A program made the position numbers and the translations under genes. From Gekko japonicus (lineage: Eukaryota), in NCBI RefSeq assembly GCF_001447785.1, contig NW_015174315.1, forward strand, positions 82,970 through 146,969: a stretch of 64,000 bases of DNA, given 5' to 3'. Below, one piece after another: positions 12,100-25,179 of the stretch. The notes beneath the pieces are model-generated. The model did no database searches. It was not told where the DNA came from and saw only the letters and a list, made by a program, of their open reading frames with translations. Each line of letters begins with the position of its first letter. The first letter of the stretch is position 1.

Positions 12100-13068
12100 C
12101 GTATATGTTCAAGTCGGGAAAAAGAGATTGAGTTTCTACACACTCTCAATGACTGTGCTGTGGAGCAGATGGTCACAGAACCTACCAGGGGAGAGGCGAT
12201 CCTGGATTTGGTCCTAATGCCCAAGACGTGATGAGAGGTGTAAAAGTGATTGCACCGCTTGGGAACACTGACCATAATGTTATGGAGTTCAACATTTGTA
12301 TAAATAGGGAGTTGCCCAAAAAGACCAACACAATTACTTTTAACTTTAAAAGGGGTAACTTCTCTGAAATGAGGGGACATGTGAAGAGGAAACTGAGAGG
12401 AAAAGTAAGAAGGGTCACAACTATTGGGGAAGCTTGGAGATTATTTGTGGCCAAGTGCAAAGTGATGCACAGTGTGGCCAAAAATCCTAACTATAAATAC
12501 ACATTGATGGGGTCCGAACTGGCAGAGACTGACCAAGACAGAGACCTTGGAGTCGTAGTAGATAAATCACTGAAAATGTTGAAACAGTGTGTGACTGCAG
12601 TAAAAAAGGCCAATGCTATGCGGGGGCTTATTAGGAAGGGAATTGAAAACAAATCAGCCAGTATCATAATGCCCCAGTGTAAATCAATGGTGCAACCTCA
12701 TTTGGAATACTGTGTGCAATTCTGGTCTCCACACCTCAGAAAGGATATTATAGCAGTGGAAAAAGTGCAGAAAAGGGCAATTAGAATGATAAAAAGGGTT
12801 GGAACACTTTCCCTATGAAGAAAGGTTGATGTGCTTGGGGCTCTTTAGCTTGGAGAAATGACGACTGGGGGGGTGACATGACCAAGGCAAGTGATGCTCT
12901 GTATTATTGGTGCTGGGGTGGGGGGCAACAGTGGGAGGGCTTCTAGTGTCCTGGCCCCACTGGTGGACCTCCTGATGGCACCTGGTATTTTTTGCCACTG
13001 TGTGACAGAGTGTTGAACTGGATGGGCCATTGGCCTGATCCAACATTGGCTTCTCTTATGTTCTTATG
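12100..13068 (+). mobile_element. CR1 LINE fragment (endonuclease end joined to RT C-terminus, plus 3' UTR)
   Basis: PTRGEAILDLVL, then KCKVMH..RDLGVVVD..LEYCVQFWSPH..EKVQKRA; 3' tail TCTTATGTTCTTATG. Confidence 0.88.
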
Positions 13069-14204
13069 TAAAAGAAGTTTGATTTGCAATGTCTGAAAGC
13101 ATGCAATCTGAAAGCTGCATGTTTGGCAGTTTTGCCTTCCTTGTCCTCCCCATCGTCCAGTGCCTCTTCTTGTTTACATGTATTCTGAAGTCAGCAGCTT
13201 GTGCAGCAGAGAAGCCCCACCTGTACATCCTGTCGAGGATAAAATGAGGGTTCTGGCATAGCATTCCAGAAGGCTCAGTTACATATCTTCAAGAACAAGC
13301 AGTTTCCAACTCCATCTGATACAGTATTGTCCACAAATAATAGATGAGGCTCTTCTGTGGAAGGCTTGCAAACTGAGATGGGGCTTGAAGGATTCCTTAG
13401 AGAGCTGAAGTTCGACACTCAAGATAAGAAGCAGTTTAATTGTTGCATTAGACGGAGGCAGCACACAAGAAGGGCTTTATATTGCAGACAATACAGCTAA
13501 AGGCCAGAAAAATACTCAAAAGAGGCACATTTACACAGTCATCAGAAAAAAGAGAGCATTTACTAGTGCAAACAGTCCTACACGTCCAAGAAACTCAGCC
13601 CTTCTGCAGAACAGTCTAACCTAAATAATAGAAGAGAACAGAGAGGGGAGAAGATGCAGCCTGACAAAGGGGCAGAGTGGATGGAAGAGGTTCTGGTTCT
13701 CCTGTGCTTATAAACAGTAAATGCACAAGATGCTGTAAAGAACAAGTGATTTTTAAGGGAGATGGGGAAGATTAACACCGTAGGCTCCAGGTACATTGCA
13801 CACTGGGCAGGAGGCAGCAAAGAAGACTGTACAAAGAAGCAATGAAGGGCAGAGCAGGAATAATCCCAGGAAGCTGTCTCTAAAAACTGAGTTACAGCTA
13901 AATAATTACCCTTACACAGGGCTATTAGCTTTGTGTTTTTAATGTGATTCTAATAGCACTAGAATATTCGTTGGTGGTTCTGCTGTTATTTGACTGGCCG
14001 ACTCCAAAAGCTGGGAGACCACTGCTCAGCCATGTATCATTTATTTTGGTCCTTGGGGGCAACAGTGGGAGGGCTTCTGGAGTTCTGGCCCCACTGGTGG
14101 ACCTCCTGATGGCACCTGGGTTTTGGCCACTGTGTGACACAGTGTTAGGCTGGATGGGCCATTGGCCTGATTCAACACGACTTCTCTTGTTCTTATTTAT
14201 ACTA

Positions 14205-15400
14205 CTGGTTACCAGGGTTCCATCTTGTCTCTCATTCTATTTAACATCTTCATGAAACCACTGGGAAAGATCATCAGGAGATTTGGAAGGTGTCACCAGT
14301 ATGGGGATGACACCCAGCTCTATTTGACTTTAACAGCTGAGTCAGGAGGATTCCCAAAAGTCTTGAACTGGTGCTTGGCACAGTTAATAGGACAGATGAA
14401 GACCAAGAAACTGAATGTCAGTCCAGATAAGACTGAGGTGCTGTTAATCAATGACAAAGCTTCTTGAGTTCGTAGCTTGGGGGTGCTGCTGGATCCTGGT
14501 CTATGGCTAGAGGCTCAAGTCTCCTTTGTGGCACATAGAGTCTTTTATTAGCTTTGAGTGATATGCCAGCTACGGCTATTCCTCAAAAAGTGGGATCTGG
14601 CTATAGTGACCCATGCTCTGAATACTTACATGATACACTGTTGTAATGTAGGCTATATGTAGCTGCCTTTGAAAACAGTCTGGACTTTTCAAAATGTGTC
14701 AGTCAAGCTACTGTTGGGGTGGGATACAGGGATTGTTATCACTCCATGCTGGAAAATCTGCACTGGCTGCATATTTGTTTCTGTGCACAATGCAAAGAAC
14801 ATCTTACATCTAAAGTCCTAAATGGCTTAGGACCAGGATACTTGACGGCAGGGGTTGTTTCATAGAAAAAGAGCTAGGGGAACTCATTAGCATAACTCAT
14901 TAGCATTTGCCACACCCCCTGACATCAGGGGCCCGGCGGTGGTCCTGCAAGGCCGGCTGGAGTGCGAGGAAGCCCCGCCAAGGCCCTCCCTGGCCCCAGG
15001 AAGGCAGGGGTGGGGAGAGGCGGGGAGGAAGCAACTTTCCCTCCCTCTTCTCCTGCCTCCTCCTGGCTGAATGAGGGCCGGAAGCGGGGCAGCTGGAAGC
15101 AGGGGGCGGGGCTTCGTCATGTGCCCCGCCCCTCACCCGGGGGAACTGCGATCCCCCCCGAATCGACCTCTGCTCGAAGGACCACCACCTTCTCTCACCA
15201 GTTAAGCTCTGCTTCATAAACCCTGGTCTTTATGCTCCTGCCTTCAGAGGTGAGACAACTAGCAATCAGACACAGGGCTTTTTCAGTAGTGGCACCTCAC
15301 CTATAGCACAGCCTCCCCCTTGAAGCTTGCCTGGTGCCTACATTCCTTTCTTTTACGCTCCGGACCAAAACTATACTATTTACCCAGGCTTTTAATTAAG
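14205..15400 (+). mobile_element. L2-clade LINE RT/3' fragment interrupted by a MITE
   Basis: LFNIFMKPLG...HQYGDDTQLY RT motif; downstream CTGCACTGGCTGC and CAGGGCTTTTTCAGTAGTGGCACC typical of L2 3' ends. Confidence 0.75.
14849..15225. mobile_element. GC-rich non-autonomous DNA transposon-like insert
   Basis: CAGGGGTT...AACCCTG termini; abrupt GC/CpG-rich interior inside an AT-rich L2; no clear TSD. Confidence 0.5.
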
Positions 15401-16304
15401 CCATTAATTTTTTTTTTTAACACCCAGTGTGTTTTAGTCTAAAAACTGTTATTTGTTTTAAATTTGTCAATGATCTGTGTTTTCATACTCTAGCTTGGTT
15501 TTTAATGCTGAATTTTAACAACTTTTGCCGCTTGATATTTTCATTATGCGTTATTTTATAAGCAGCCTTGGTAGATTCTCTAGAGAGACAGAATAAAAAT
15601 GTTCTAAGTAAATATGAAGCATTTCCTGCCACCCCTTCTGAAGTCAAAAGGATCCCTTCTGAAAGTCTAACCCCCTCTTCTGAGAAGACTCACAGTAGGC
15701 GTCACACAAAATCGGCAACTGAAATAGGTATTTAACATCCCTCAAAGCCACAGTTTTTCTATGGTCACATGTACCCTTGTACACAAAGAGAAAGAGCAGG
15801 CAACATCCACTCTTTGGGAACAAAAAGCTACCACTAAAGAATCAATACAGAATTCAAAGCAGGCTTTAACAGTTCAAGACTGTACTGCAGATTCTTATAT
15901 GCCCCCATCCATTTACTTTAAAACTTCCAGCTTGTTTATGTGTCTAATGGATTAGAAGAATGGCTCAAGTGAATTCCCATGAGGAAGAATGGTCTTAAAT
16001 GCCATTAATTGATGCAATTACCTAGGCAGGCAATTAATAACACATGCAACCTTAATGAGCAATATCTCACTAAAGAAGTCCATATAAACTCTTGCAAAGA
16101 ATGGGTATGATGGATAACCCCCCTAGGAAGAAAACGTGGTACTCACATTTTATACTTCTTGGCACTGTACCAAGAAGCATCTAGGAGAAGCACCTCTATG
16201 CTTTTATCAGTTCTAAAGATCTTTTCAGCAATAAGGCAGCTACAAGTAGAGGCTCGATCTGGGCACAGAGAAAGCTAACTAGCAACTGAACTATAAAAAT
16301 GGGC

Positions 16305-16593
16305 AGGAGGAGGAAGAAGAGATTGGATTTATACCCCACCCTTCACTACCCAAAGGTGTCTCAGAGCGGCTTACAAACTCCTTTCCCTTCCCTTTCCCAC
16401 AACAGACACCCTGTGAGGTAGGTGGGGCTGAGAGAGCTCTGACAGAAACTGCTCTTTTTTCAAGAACAGCTCTTATCAGAACTACGGCTTGCCCAAGGTC
16501 ATCCAGCCAGGTGCAAGTGGAGGAGTGGGGAATCAAACCCGGTTCTCCCAGATTACAGTTCATGCACTTAACCACTACACCAAACTCGCTCTC
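16305..16593 (-). mobile_element. tRNA-derived SINE (Squam3-like)
   Basis: Near-identical reverse complement of 3279-3553. Confidence 0.8.
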
Positions 16594-17147
16594 AGTTGGA
16601 GGAAACTACGGTACTACCCCAATTTATAACGAGTGATGGTGCATGACTCCAGGAACAGGACTTACACAACTAAGACAAACATATACCGTAATTCTGCAAG
16701 GCAGGCATAGGGACCACGGTGGAGTAGGAGTCTTTTGAGACAAAAAGGCACAGAATATCTATCTTCTTACTAAGACTTTGGGGCAGGATTCAACCCTGTT
16801 AAAGTGTATCTTTAAAACAGAACCCAGACTCAAATACATTAATACCCACAAACCCACTATTAGCTTAACCTTGACCGCATGCCCCCACCCAGCCAGACTA
16901 AACACATTTTGTGCAATATCATTCACAGATACTCTCCTGAAACTTTCTTAGCAGAGCAGACAGTTAACAAAACAGGGGCTCGGCAAAAAGGATAATACAA
17001 AGGGGGGGGGCTTTAGAAAGCAGGAAAAAATTGCAATTTCTCTGTTTGCGCTTTCCCTAAAGCTCCCCCCCCTTTACATCATCTCTGCTCCAAAAGGTCA
17101 GTTTCAGAAACAATATTTTGGATTGTAACAGAAACCATGTTGGATCA

Positions 17148-17890
17148 GGCAATGGCCCCTCCAGTCCAACACCCAGTGTCATACAGTGGCCAAAAACACC
17201 CAGGGGCCATCAGGAGGTCCACCAGCAGGGCCAGAACTCCAGAAGCCCTCCCACAGTTGCCCCCCAAGCACCAAGAATACAGAACATTACTGCCCCAGAC
17301 ATAATGTTCCATCTATATCTTGTGGCTAATAGCCACTGATGGACCTCTGCTCCATGTGTTTATCCAGTCCCCTCTTGAAGCTGTCTGTGCTTGTAGCCAC
17401 CACCACCACCACTTCCTGCATCAGTGAATTCCAGCTGTTAATTACCCTTTGGGTGAAGAAGTACTTCCTTTTATCTGTTCTACACCTACGTCTCATTAAT
17501 TTTATTGAGTGCCCACGAGTTCTTGTATTGTGAGAAAGGGAGAAAAGTACTTTCTCTACATGCTCTATCCCATCCTTCTCTATCATGTCGCCCCCTAACC
17601 ATCATTTCTCTAAAGAGCTCTAATCTTTCTTCATAAGGAAGGTGTTCCACTTAACCATCATTTCTCTAAAGAGCCCTAATCTTTCTTCATAAGGTGTTCC
17701 ACCCCTTAATAATTTTCGTTACCCTTTTCTGCACCTTTTCCAATGCCGTAATATCTTTTTTGAGGTGCGCCGCTGACCAGACGTGTGTACAGTATTCCAA
17801 ATGAGGCCGCACCACAGGTTTACACAGGGGCATTATGATACTGGCTGATGTGTTTTCAATCCCCTTCCTAGTAATCCCCAGCATAGCATT
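17148..17890 (-). mobile_element. CR1 LINE 3' end with internal ~54-bp tandem duplication
   Basis: VRPHLEYC..EKVQKR and TRGHSIKL..RKYFFTQRVINSWNSL motifs; duplication at ~17597-17702. Confidence 0.88.
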
Positions 17891-18570
17891 TGCACAATCT
17901 GAAAGTCCCAAAATTGCTTTCCTGAAGCAAATGGTTAACATGGGTAGTGTGCAGCAAAAAAAAAAAAAAAGGACACCAGAGATGCATATTAAAAAAAAGA
18001 GGGGAATAGAAACATTTCAGCCAACTAGGCTGGACTATTTGAAAGCTACAGCACTTAGGTTTCCATGCCTGCAAATGCTTACAGCGGGTGGGTTGGGGGA
18101 GAGATAGAAGCCACTGTCCTAGCAGCAAGAGAACACAGAATCTGTTCACGCCTGGAGTGGAGGTGTCACCGAAGCAACGGCACAGGAGGTGATCCGCATC
18201 CCTCTTTGTGGAGAAAGGGACACAGCTTTGAAGGGCAATGCTTGTGTTGTTGCGGGGGGGGGGGGGGGAAGCAGCCATCATTATTCCTCCTCTCCCATCA
18301 ACTCGCAAATACCCCGCCCATTAAGCCCTGCGGCACCCCACCCCACCACCACCCCCAGCAGAAGCCCAAGGAGAAAGCCACTCTCCCTTCTCCATCCTCT
18401 CTCTCTGTCACGTCGAATAATACCCCCTGCCCAAGGGGGGGACCCTTCCCCCCGCCCATTTACCACCTGCTTGGGCTCCCACCCCATCCCTCCCTGGTTC
18501 TTCTGCACCCCACTGGACCCCCCCTTCCCCAGGAAGATCTTCAAACCCCCCGATCCGCTGAGGCCCTCAC

Positions 18571-18706
18571 CGCCGCGGTGGGAGATGTGCCGACAACGGA
18601 ACCGGTGGCGCCTGGGTCGGTGGAGCAAGCCCGGGTACTTGAGCAGGAGCGCCGAGGTGAGGAGGTAGCCGCCCAGCGTGGAGAGGACATAGAGGGCGGT
18701 CGACAT
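18571..18706 (-). CDS. GDPD1: GDPD1 coding exon 1 (lysophospholipase D GDE4; MSTALYVLSTLGGYLLTSALLLKYP...HISHRG)
   Basis: Matches the vertebrate GDPD1 N-terminus (TM helix + SHRGG); GCCATG start; G|gtgagg donor; 136 nt, phase 1; synteny with SMG8. Confidence 0.95.
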
Positions 18707-18709
18707 GGC

Positions 18710-19145
18710 CCTCCTCCTCCTCCTCTCTGAAGCCGGGAGGACGGCGGGATGCTGAGGGGCGTCAGTCCGGATCGACGACCCGGCTCGGCTTCTCGCGCTC
18801 TCGGACTGAGGGAGCCGGAGCGCCTTACACCGACACAACCCCCGACGGACGCCCAGCCCGGCCTCCCCGCCCGACTGCGCAGGCGCCCAGCCACGGAGGA
18901 CAGGTCGGGAAGGGAGCGCGGGGAAGAGGGCCGGTCGCGAGCGCGCTCGCCGCGCGGATTGGTGGGAGGGCGCCGCGCTCATTGGCTGGCGGGCGCGCGG
19001 GCCGGAGAAGCGACTGAAGGGAAGGGGGGTTGTAGTGACGTCAGGAGGCTCCCTGCTGTGGCGGCCGCCCCTCCCCCCTTGCTTCGAAGATAAAACCGTC
19101 ATAACGGTCCCTTCTCCCTTCCGTCGTTATACCCGGTGCACCGGC
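18710..19145 (-). promoter_or_regulatory. GDPD1 CpG-island promoter/5' UTR
   Basis: CpG-rich; CCAAT boxes (ATTGG 18958, 18981), palindromic CRE TGACGTCA 19036-19043, NRF1-like TGCGCAGGCGC 18876-18886. Confidence 0.75.
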
Positions 19146-19372
19146 CCTGCTTGAAGTAGTCGCTATTCTCTCTTTCTCTCTCTTTCCAGCATTTATTAAA
19201 CCACACCTTTCTCCTCTGATCAGGGTCACCACAGCAGCTCACGCATTAAAAACAAACATCATAAAACCACACCTTCTCTTAAATACCGAGCCAAGATGGG
19301 CACAGAGCTCCAAGGAAATACACGGACGTAGAAACAATCCTTAAAATGTAGGGCAGGAAGAAGGGATCAAGT

Positions 19373-19815
19373 AGGGTTGCCAGCCTCCAGGTGGAGCCTG
19401 AAGATCTCCCGGATTTACACAAATCCGTTCCCCTGGAGAAAATGGCTGCTTTGGAGGGCATCATACCCCTGGTGAGGTCCACTCCATCCCCTCCCTTAGC
19501 CCCCACTCTCAAATCTCCAGGAATTTCTCAATTTGGGAGTGGCCTACTGAGGAAATGCCAGATGAAACAAAAGTCTTCACTGGCTGACACAGGTGAGTCC
19601 AGGGTTGCCAGCTCAGGGTTGGAAAATACCTGGAGAATTTTGGGGGTGGAGTCTGAGGAGCTCAGGGTCTGGGGAGGAGAGGGATGTCAGTGGCGGTCTA
19701 ATGCCATGCAGACCACCTTCTGAAGTGGCCATTTTCTCTAGGTGAATGGATCTCTGTCATCCGGGATCCGTTGCAATCCCAGATCTCCAGCTACCACCTG
19801 GAGGTTGGCAACCTA
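19373..19815. mobile_element. Two oppositely oriented copies of an AGGGTTGCCA-terminated non-autonomous element (hAT-Blackjack-like)
   Basis: TIR AGGGTTGCCA/TGGCAACC; shared core CCCTGGAGAAAATGGCTGCTTTGGAGGG; other copies near 7775-7985, 25850-26790, 39181-39355. Confidence 0.6.
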
Positions 19816-21679
19816 AGGTGAGTCTTTGTCACCTTCTCATACTAACATTACAACATAACAGTAAAACAATCTTGGGAACTGGCATCCAAAATCACACACT
19901 CCCGTTTCCCAGAGCCTCCTTCAGTGCACCTGGAGTAGCAACACATCATTAGTGTAATTTAGCACACTGGCTGTGTCACAACCAAAAGCTCTGTGGTGCA
20001 TTTGTGGTGCAGCAGAAGCTCTGGTGTGTCAGAGCTTGCTTTGTGGGAGGTGTTATGTTCTCTTCGTGTGACACACAGAACACTGTCCAGGGAGGAAACC
20101 CCATTGTCCTGACCTGAGTCAAATTCTGGGTAGACCTGCTTAGGATTGTTCTTGAGAACTTTTTGAATCACCTTGCTGCTTCAGAGACCCACCCAATGGG
20201 AAGGAAAGCAGTTTTAAAATAAATTGCCCATGATGAGCAGTTTTAAAATAAAGGGAAAAGTGTCCCTGAATATGTGCAGTATTGCCCATTTAGTTTTGGG
20301 AGGTAGGGCTCTTTTTAAAAAAGGAAAAGTGCCTACAAGAATTGATATAATAATGACCTCCTTTACCTTCCCTTTGATGGCTCATTTTCTAAAAATTATT
20401 TTAACTTTTAAAAAATTGGTTTTACATGCTATTCGTTCTATAACACTCCTCTAAAGAACTAAAGAAAGTTATGCTAGATTATACAGGTAAATACAATTAT
20501 GCTAGATTTTCATCCGCTTTTGCCTCCACACCTGGTTTTTCTCACACCCGAAGGGGCTTCCACTCTCAGGGTAACTCGCCACCACCACCTGACCTTTATA
20601 CGGAACTGCCCACTGGGGGAGTCAGGACTCCCAACATCCCTTCTAAGTTCTGAGGCCTTGCCTCTGTGTCTCCTATTGCCCAACGCTTGGTCACCATGCC
20701 CCTGAAAGAATAGCCACTTGCCAACTGCCTGCCTTCCCCTGGCACACCTTTTAAAACTGCATGTCTGAGACGGTGGAGGTCTATGTGGTACAGAGAACTA
20801 CTACCAGCACCAAAAGTTATAAAGTATTAAAAAGAAAATATTTACAAGCATACTTTTAAGCAAAGCACCAGACCTGAGCAAGGGATACAAAAGAAATGGG
20901 GAAAACGCAAAATCTCTGTCCCTTTCTGTATACATAGGACAGGCTCCTTTTGCTTAGGATGTTACAGATCCCTTGAAGCTTGCTCCAGCTCTTCAGGCAA
21001 GCACATGGTCAATGGTTGCCCTGTCTGTGGAGAGGTCTGTGTGCACTCTTGGAAACAGCACCCAAGGAAAAGAGAACTCCTTCCTGTGGCGAGGAGTTAT
21101 CATATCTATTTCTCCACCCACTGACCAGGTCATGCCAGGTCAAAGAGGTGTTTCCTGGAGATCTCCAAGAATTTCCTTCCTAAGACTATCTAAGATTTTA
21201 TCCTTCCAAAACTCTGTTCCCTGCTAGGAGGAAGGGGAGATCATGCCCTACCCACTGTCTCTCCTGCCAGATCTATTCACATCTGAATGAACGTGTCTGG
21301 AAAGCAATTGCACAGACTTCTCCATCCCATGACTGTTCTCTGCCCAGAGAATTTGTTTTTTAAAACACAATGTTTGCTCATCTCAAACCACCCAGGAGAA
21401 AAACTGCATTTCAGAGCCCAAAAGAGGACGGACACCAAAAGCACTAGAAAGAGGACATCTGATAACCCTACTTATTCGGGATGAATTAACTCAGAGGAAA
21501 AGAGCAGCAGTATACATGGTGTTTTACTAAAAAGGAGCAGCACGAAATCAATATAGCATAAAAAACTAGCACCCTAGTGTGTATAGAATTAATGTGCAAT
21601 AATCTTCATTTTCAAGGGGTTTCACTGCAATTCTTGGTATGCCATACAATTTTTTTTAAAAAATCTGTTAACACGGAAT

Positions 21680-21845
21680 GCCCTGACATGGATAGCCCAT
21701 ACTAGCCTGATCTTGTCAGATCTCAGGAGCTAAACAGGGTCAGCCAGATTGGAGACTACCAAGGAAGTTTAGGGTCACCATGCAGAGGCAGGCAATGGCA
21801 AACTAGCTCTGAACGTCTCTTGCATTGAAAACCCTACAAGGCTGC
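21680..21845 (+). mobile_element. 5S rRNA-derived SINE with RTE-like tail
   Basis: CCTGATCTTGTCAGATCTCAGGAGCTAAACAGGGTC resembles the 5S rRNA internal promoter region, followed by GCAGAGGCAGGCAATGGCAAA. Confidence 0.65.
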
Positions 21846-24800
21846 GATTTCACAGGGGTGGGGGGGAGAAATTAACCCAGAATAAATCATCCCTGTTATT
21901 AATGCTACATGCACACAAGGCCAACTATGATACAAAACCTGGAATAAAGCACAAATGCAAGTGAATGTATTTTTGTGTTTGTTTTTATAGAAGGACCTTT
22001 ATAACAAGGGATTAAGCAGATCTGTTTATATAACTGCTGCTAAACCATTTTATTGATTGATTGATTGACTTCTAGCCCACCCTCCCTCACAAGCAGGCTC
22101 CAGTCAGGTTACAACAATGCAATAAATACATAATCCAGTATCTAAAACTTTACAATTATCAACACACAGTAAATAGCATCAATAAATAACAGTAATGACA
22201 ATTGATGGCAGCATTAATCACTCCATCTCCATCTGCTCCTGTGCCCCACATGTGTTGCAGGTAAGACGACAACTGATGTTGAAGGGATGGGAAGATGAAG
22301 ACAGTACAGATTAAATGGAACAGGCAATGCAGAGCATTGCTTTAGCTCGATGCAGTGATTTTTTTTTAAAATGGATCAATGAGGACGTTTTTTCTACAGA
22401 AACTGAGAAAATCTCCACCATTGTCTGACAAATGTGGTTTTTATTCCCAGTAAAATTTTGATGTTCTTTCCCCATATTTAAAATTAACTTGCAAGAAAAT
22501 GGACAGATACCCAAGACAATAAAATTTTACTTGGGGTGAGAGAGCCCCCTAGCAGGCCATATGCACTAACTGCAACTGTGGCAATTTCTTTCACTCAAGG
22601 ACTTCTACAGGTAAAAGATCAGACGAGAATGGTGGATGACATTCCATAGTATGAAACACATTCTTCTGATGACAGGCAATGCTTCAAATATGTTTTCAGC
22701 CTTGTATATCATATTGCTATATGGGGAGTGGGATGTTGCACACACATGCTCCCCCCCCCCATGAATCTCCTAGAGCGCAGATCCGTGTTAATTTTCATGC
22801 ACAGCCCTGCCTCCAACAAAAAAAGAGTAAGTTTGTAGAAGACAAGAATGAATGAGAGGAGTTAGCATTACACCAGAGCAGGCTGGTCAATTGCAATTTG
22901 CCTCTTTACCTGTGGCTTGCAGCAAAGCATTACCTGCTCACAACCAAGCAAAGCATCAAGAATTGAGTCTCTTTCACACTATTTGTCTGTCACAAATAAC
23001 TAGAACCAAAGTGATACAATGGTTAGAAACTACAACAAAAGGGAAGTCAGATTTGTGAAACTTGCTGGATGACCTACCACACAGGGCTGTTGTGAAGATA
23101 TGAAGGTCAGGAGAACTTCATATGCCATCTTGAGCTCTTGAAAGAGGGGCGGAGTAAAAATGACAGACACATGGTCTCATTCACAAGGCGGTGGTGAAGA
23201 CTTCGGTTGATTTATCCCCCTCCCCCAAATCAACAGATGAACCATGTGCAGAGTAATAGAGGGGTAATTGTCATGAACAAAGATCTGATCAAAAAGATTC
23301 CTTTAAAAGTTAGGGTTCACACCCTGGTATGTTTGTAAAACAAATTAAGATTAAGATAGTTTAACCTGGGAAAAGTGCTTTTCCCATCATTTCTGAGTAA
23401 TGCAGCCTACAGACATTTCAAACGGAGAGTGCATGAAGGACAGCTTAAGCACCAACATCGAAAACCACAGCAGCAACCACGGTAGATACTACATTACACT
23501 TTGAGCTTAATTTGGGCTCAGCCTAACTCTGGAATTCATTCTCAGCCCCAGGGATGAGCATCGAAATGTAACAAAAAATGCACCTCTAACCATGTACATA
23601 ATGTATTTTCCTCTCAAAGCTGCGCAATCCCAGATGGTGTCCAAGCATTACAGATTAAACTTTCCAAGGCAAATGATTGGTAGCAATCAGTTCTAGCTGC
23701 TCTCCGGAAGGTCAACAATTCCATAGCTGCTATAACCTTGATGGGACATAGCAGTTGTGATTAGTATAACTCTCTGGTTGCCATACTTTACAGAAAACCC
23801 TCCTTTTTAAACCTTTGCAATTGGGTTCTTAAGATTAGCGACCTAAAAGGGTCTAATGGTCAGTTTTTAATCTCCTTCACTTCCATCAATTCAAGCAAGG
23901 GAGGTCTTAAAAACCTCAATCAGCAGCTGACATGTTCTAAACATGGAATGAAAACATAAGGGCCAAAGTAGGCTTACCAATGTGAATTGTCCTCCTGCCT
24001 CTCACCCTCCAAGGGCCAAAAGTTAAAGCTTAGTATCATGGGAACTTCCTCAGCTAGGGATAGAAAAACAGAAGCTGTTGGATCCTGTAGCTTTCCAGGT
24101 GGCCCTTAGGCTATTACCAGAAGACCTAGTAGGCAGTTCTATCAAAGGCTTGGTTGAACTTCGAAACAAGAAAGTAACTTAGGTGGTTGGCCTCATACCA
24201 CCCCTTTTGAAGGAGTGAGCAGTGACTTATGAAAACGCCTACCTTGCCACAAATTTTGTTAGTCTTTAAGGTGCTACTGGACTTTTATCTTTTCTACTGC
24301 TACAGACAGACTAACAATGGCTACCCATCTTGATCTACCGCCCTCCCCTTCAGGCATTTGTCCATGGAACCAAACTTGATATAGTAGACACGACAACGAA
24401 GCAGCATGGATGGATGTCTACTGCATACATGGAAGAAACAAACATGACCCACAAAAGGCTACCATTCATCTTAGAGCCTACTCTGTGGCAGAAAGAGGCA
24501 AAAAGGCATTGTCATCATTGCATCTACTCTGTTTAGAAAGCAATAAGTACCTTCTTACACATAGGACAGGATAACAAGCGGGGAGAAGTCTCAGCAGCGC
24601 ACTGTGATCTTACTATGAAGCATTGCTGTAGATGAAATTGCTCATTTATTCTAAAGCAAGCTCCATTACTGATACGGTGATAGTGACACCATGGAATCTG
24701 ACATTTTCTCTCTTGAAAGAATGTGTAGACCACATTTTTGATTCTTTAATTAGACAATACAAACATGAAAAAGTCCATACCACAACTTGCCCATGACCCT

Positions 24801-25179
24801 CACCCATTCTGACTTATTATTATAGTATTTAGATGAGGGGGAGGGATTTGTTGGATACAGTACATTTCTCCTTGAGAGGCAGCATAGTCTCAATTAGTTT
24901 GAAGGAAGTAGTTCTGAGACCATTGGGGGGGAGAAAAAGTCCTGTTTGAATCTCTTTGATTGCTCCAGCTATTGGCTATTTTTGGGTAGGTGCTCGAGGA
25001 TAGTGGTGATGCAACCTGAGGGTTGGAGGTGGGTTGGATGAAAGCAAACCCATTTCAGTTGGGCTTCTGGCCCAGACTCAACATTGAAATCCCTTGGATA
25101 GTTTTGCTGGACAACCTATACTAGGGGAGAGAAAAAGCGATTACTGCTATATACAGTCAGATAGATAGATGATAGATAG

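Noticed and set aside
18065-19102. Long overlapping ORFs (221, 159, 273 aa) at the GDPD1 5' end
   Set aside because: GC-rich CpG-island artefacts; only 18571-18706 has homology and splice signals.
21680-21790. 5S rRNA gene or tRNA genes
   Set aside because: Diverged partial heads fused to SINE tails; no intact 5S or tRNA cloverleaf.
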